NCBI RefSeq assembly: GCF_009914755.1
Contig: NC_060925.1
DNA length: 64,000 bases
Reading direction: 5' to 3' (one strand)
Source: the human T2T-CHM13v2.0 reference genome, Homo sapiens
The notes under the pieces are model-generated. The model saw only the letters and a program-made list of their open reading frames with translations, was not told the DNA's origin and did not search any database. Positions 58,996 through 64,000 of the stretch are shown here, in pieces. The translations under genes and the position numbers were made by a program. Each line of letters begins with the position of its first letter. Positions within the stretch are counted from its first letter, which is position 1.

Positions 58996-59295
58996 GTTTT
59001 TTTTTTCTTTTTTGAAACGGAGTCTTGCTCTGTCGCCCAGGCTGGAGTGCAGTGGCATGATCTTGGCTCACTGCAAACTCTGCCTCTCAGTTTCAAGTGA
59101 TTCTCGTGCCCCACCCTCCCGTGTAGCTGGGATTACAGGTGCCCACCACCATACCCGGATAATTTTTGTATTTTTAGTAGAGACAGGGTTTCGCCATGTT
59201 GGCCAGGCTGGTCTCGAACTCCCAACATCAGATGATCCACCCACCTCGGCCTGCCAAAGTGCTGGGATTACAGGCGTGAGCCATCCAACCCAGGC
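58996..59295 (-). mobile_element. AluS inside ERV RNase H
   Basis: Antisense dimer. Confidence 0.9.
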
Positions 59296-60839
59296 TTAAG
59301 TCTTTTCACAGTTGGAAGGTCCTGATTAGAGCAGCTAATTCTGCTTTTTGAGCAGAATTCTGAGAAGGTAAACCCTTGGCCTCAATGACTTCTTGTTAGC
59401 TAACCTTCCTTTCTTACTCCCTCATGAATAAAGCTATTTCCATCTCTAAACCACTCAACACTGGGGTTAGACAAGGGCTTGTCTTCAAGGTTGGACCTTC
59501 TAGAGTAGATCTCTTCCATGGTTTCCACCCAGGAGTCAATGAGTTGGGGATCTGTTTCTTGGGATGTGAGGTCCAGCAACAGAGTAGCAGGGTTTAAAAA
59601 TCAGCATACTTTAAGGGTAACATCTGGGGTGTCAAGCAGAAGAGCCTGATATTTAAGTAACTGGCCCCCTATTAGCCATGGGTATACTTTTGCCTCTAGG
59701 ACCCTCTGTACTGTACTTCATGGGGTGGTGGGGGGCGGGGGTGGTATGGCATCTACTTGTTGTCCCAAGGTAAACTTACTGGCTTCTTCCACCAATAGAG
59801 TGATGGTAGCCACAGATCTCAAGCTTCCTGGTCACTCAGCTGCCACCTGGTCTAGCTGTTTAGAGAAATAAGCCACTGGTCTGAGGCAATTCCTGACCCT
59901 TCGAGTTAGAACATCCAAAGCTGTCCCTTGTTATTCATCCACATAGAGGATGAAAGGTTTTTCTAAGTTCAAGAGTCTTGAAGCAGGGGCTGTCCCTGGC
60001 TTTTCTTTTAAGGCTAAGAATGCCTTTTGACAGTCTCCATTGCAATTCAAAGGCTTATGACCACTCACTTTTGGAGGTTCATAGAGTGGTTTTGCTATGA
60101 GCCCAAACCTGGGAATCCAAACCCAGCAGAATCCAGCTATTCTCAAAAAAGAATTTGAGGGACCTGGAGTGCCAGGATGGTCTCTTTTCATCCCTGGGTC
60201 AAGATCCTGGTCCCAGGAGTGAGAATGTGTCCCAAATACGTGACCCTTTGGACAGAAATTTGGGCCTTTCGGGGGGATACCTGATACCCTTGTTTTGTTT
60301 CAAAATTAAGGACTTGAAGTTGTATGTTTCTCAGAGTCTTCCCCTAGTAGGGCTGGAAATTAATAGGTGATACACATATGGTAAGAGGGATCCATTAATT
60401 AACTGTAGTTCCCATACCTCTTTTGCCAATGCATTGCCAAACAGATGGGGATTGTCCTAAAACCTTGGGGACAGGACAGTCCAGGTAAGCTGAGATGCAA
60501 CATGAGTGTCTGGATTAGTCCATTCAAATGCAAAAATGTATTGGGTGTCCAGGTGTAAAGGTGTGTGAAAGAAAACATCTTTTAAATTTAATACTATGAA
60601 CCAATAAGCATCTTCAGGGACTTGAGTTATTATTGTATAAAGATTAGGAACTATTGGGTGACTGGAACTAATGCCTCATTAACTGCCCTAAGATCCTGAA
60701 CAAATCTATATTCCCCGTTTGGCTTATTAACAGGAAAAATGGGGGTGTTACGTTGGGACTGATAGGATTGCAATAATCCATACTTCATTATCAGGGGATG
60801 GATGCCCCTTGGAGCCAAAGGTCTAAAAGGATACTGGAT

Positions 60840-61131
60840 TTTTCTTTTTTTTTTTTTTTGAGTCAGAGTCTTGCTCTGTTATCCAGGCTGGAGTGCGGTG
60901 GCGCAAGGCTCACTGCTACCTCTGCCTTCCGGGTTCAAGCAATTCTCCTGCCACAGCCTTCTGAGTAGTTGGGATTACAGATGTACACCACCATACCTAG
61001 CTAATTTTTGTGTTTTTAGTAGAGATGGGGTTTTGCCTTGTTGGCCAGGCTGGTCTCAAACTCCTAGCTTCCAGTGATATGCCCACCTTGGCCTCCAAAA
61101 GTGCAGAGATTAAAAGCATGGGCCACCACAC
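60840..61131 (-). mobile_element. Alu inside ERV pol
   Basis: Antisense dimer; TAAAAGGATA on both sides. Confidence 0.88.
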
Positions 61132-64000
61132 TTAAAAGGATATTTTTTTCCCCATAGATAATTAACACTGGGTTTCAAAATAACCTGGACTGGGAGAACA
61201 TTTGCAGTTCTTCCAGGAACTACCATGTCACAAGCAGACGGGTCTACTTGAGAAGTAATATTTGATGGAAGGAATGACTTTTCTTTATCTGTGTTAAGAC
61301 ATGAACTTAGAGCTAGGAGAAGTGTCCCTTCCCAGCCTGTGGCCTTCTCTTGAGGTGCTCCAAATTGAACTGCAGCCTGTTATTGGGAAAGTAAGTCTCT
61401 TCCCAGCAAAGGAATAAGGCACTCAAGACTAAGCAAAAATCTGTGGAAAAACATGGTTCCCCACAGTGCAACTAAAGGAATGGGTGAATCTCCTAGCTTT
61501 TAGCTGGTCATCAATCCTCATTACAGTACAGGAGTGGGAAGACAGTGGCACCAAGGACTAGATCAGAACTGAGAAGGCGGCTCGCATATCCAATAACTCA
61601 ATATTTTTACCCGCCATGTCAAGAATTACCTGAGGCTCTTCTGTAGAGATGGCAAGGTGTCTGGTGGAAGCTGTAGGGAATCTTGGGCCCTGTCAGTCCT
61701 CTGTTCTCTTAGCCATTAGGGGTCCAAGAAGCTCAGACTCCGTTTGGAGACTGAGGCAGTCTTTCCTCCAGTGGCCCTCTTGCTTACAGAAGGCACACTG
61801 ATTCCAGCCTAGGGGATGATGAGCTGGCTTTTGTCTGGGCATCCCAAAGCCACTCTTGCAACACTTTCTGAGGATGGGCAGCTCAAAAGCAGTAGGAGGC
61901 TGAAAGCAGCTGCAAACAATTGCATTTTTTGGCTATTTCTTTTGGTTTTATCCTCTTCCTCTGCCTTGTCCCTATTGTTGTAAACTCCAAAGGCCATGTT
62001 TAAGAGTTGGCTCATGGAGTTTGGGGTCCCATTCCTGCCTTTTGTAACTTCCTCCTAATGTCAAGGATAGATTGAGTAATACAACGCATGCCCAGAAGAC
62101 CCCACCCTTCCGGGTTGTCTGGGTCTACATTAGTATATTTCCTGAGTGCCTCAACCAAGCAGCCCTAAAACAGAATGGGATTTTCATCCTTCCACTGAGT
62201 TACTTCTCTATCCTTGTCATAATTAACTGGCTTAATCACACACCTTTTCATACTTTCTATTAAACAAGTTAGCATGTGATTTCTATGTTCAAGTTCTTGG
62301 GAACCCTTCTGGTAATCCCACTGAGGGTCTCTATGTGGAACTGCATCTCCCCCTACATAAATGGTATGGCCTTGGATATGAGCAGCTACTCTAACTGCAT
62401 ATTCACAGGCCAGTACCCAGAATCCCTCTCTTCTCCTCTATAATACAGGAAGAGGACAATAATATTTGCAAGTTGTGCCAAGTTAAATCAAAGGACATCA
62501 TCAACCTGACAAACTCCTCTATAAACTTCCCTGGATCCTTCAAAAACCAGCCATATTTCTCCTTGAAGAAAGCCAATTTGGACAAAGGAAATGGAACATA
62601 TACTCTGATTGTTCCCCTATCTCTGCCAGCTAACTCCAGCAATGGACACAGATTCAATTTGAGGGGCTGATAGAGAGCTCCACTCCTGGTGGTTCTGGTT
62701 GGGCTTACTTCCTTGGGCAGTGGGGGATACAGGCTGGAGCTAGCTAAATAAAAGGGAGGGTTTTCTGATGACATTGGGGTGAAATCCCACACTGGAGAAC
62801 TGGCAGGACCCCTCGCAGAACTGGGGGACTGAGAAGACCCTGGAGAGGGCATGGGCCCTCCAGGGGGTGCCGCCAGGAAGGGAGCATCGAGGATATCCCA
62901 CGCGGTTTCTTGGTGCCTGGAAGTAACATGAGCCAGACACATCCTGCAGTTGACTCTTAAGTCAGAATCCTGGTAGGGGGCCGTAGAAGCCTGTACGTAA
63001 GGAACTTCTCCCCATTTTCCTTCCTTTTTACTGAATAAGTCCAATTGTAAAATAGTATGATAATGTAAAGAACAAGTTTCAGGCCAAATTTCTTGTTCTC
63101 CCAAGAAAATTGTTTCTTTTTCTTTGAGCCATCTCATTTGAATTTGCTCCAATTGCCTTAAAGACACCCTAGTGGGGAGTCCTTTGGGATGCTCGCCTTT
63201 GTCCCCATGTCTAACAAGGATCTCTACTACACCCAGAAGTTTTTCTAAGTCTAGCAAAAGCTCAGTTACTTTCCCTTTCAAATTCCCACCTCCTGCAGAG
63301 ATGTAAGTACAGTTAGCAAAGTGTTATGAAAGTAGATTATGAAATATGAATGCGAAGTAAAATGATGGGTCTGAATTCCACAGAGTGAAGAAAGCATTTT
63401 AGTTTGGGCAAAGAGGGGTTAAAAGAAACAAGGTGATCATGGAAGGGAGGAAGGGAAAGCATGAACAGCGTTGTCCAGACTGAGGTGCCAGAAAATCTAC
63501 CCAGCAGCCACAGAGACTGAGGAAAATTATTTGGGCAAAATGTTTGGGTGGCTGCTGCTTGTCTGCCACTATGGGTAGTTGTCACTTGGGCCAGGGGTCC
63601 AGGAATCCCTGGTCCCTGTGACCAAGAGTTCAATATGGGCTTGAGCAAAGTCACGTAGGAGGGGGCCCACAACTGGCTGTTATGGAAAATCGTAATCTTT
63701 TAATTTAAGGGCGGAGAAGATGACATCCACACTCCTCCAGGGAAGGAGCTCTAATCCACAATCCTATAGGGAATGTCAATGCTGAAAACCCCAGAGCATC
63801 CAGGGAGAGGCCAACAGTGACAGTGGAACTCTCACCACAACGAAATGCCAAAAACCCAGAGTACCCAAGTATCAGCCAGTGATGGTCCCCACACTGAATG
63901 CTGAAACTGCAGGGGAGGCAATGGTGAACCCCAAAGGCCAAGTTAGGGGCCACTGAACAATGTGACTTTGGCATCTCAGGGTCAGCACAGTAAGGGACTT

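Noticed and set aside
62403-63281. 292-aa gag ORF as a domesticated gene
   Set aside because: Partial gag with frameshifts in adjacent capsid sequence, within a provirus whose protease and RT catalytic motifs are mutated.

Overview
Primate (almost certainly human) genomic DNA from the chromosome 1q21-type segmental-duplication region that carries U1 snRNA and tRNA-Asn genes. No intact protein-coding gene is supported. Contents: a perfect 164-nt U1 snRNA gene (15537-15700, minus) with PSE, DSE and 3' box; a degenerate 3'-truncated U1 copy (6647-6775); an intact tRNA-Asn(GTT) (22043-22116) and a damaged one (3427-3500), each inside old duplicated modules; a multi-exon NBPF/PDE4DIP-like pseudogene (31333-46773, plus); a full-length FAM91A1 processed pseudogene (52456-57941) inserted into the integrase of an env-deleted ERV1 provirus (50769 to window end, minus); a young 5'-truncated L1 with a short 3' transduction; and many Alu, LTR and MER1 elements. 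The most notable item is the NBPF-like pseudogene. It looks like a fossil intermediate between PDE4DIP and the NBPF/Olduvai family, and its first three exons still splice into a stop-free 172-codon frame. Paralog-level gene names, repeat subfamilies and comparisons with PDE4DIP, NBPF and FAM91A1 rest on recalled sequences, not on searches. Repeat boundaries are approximate.
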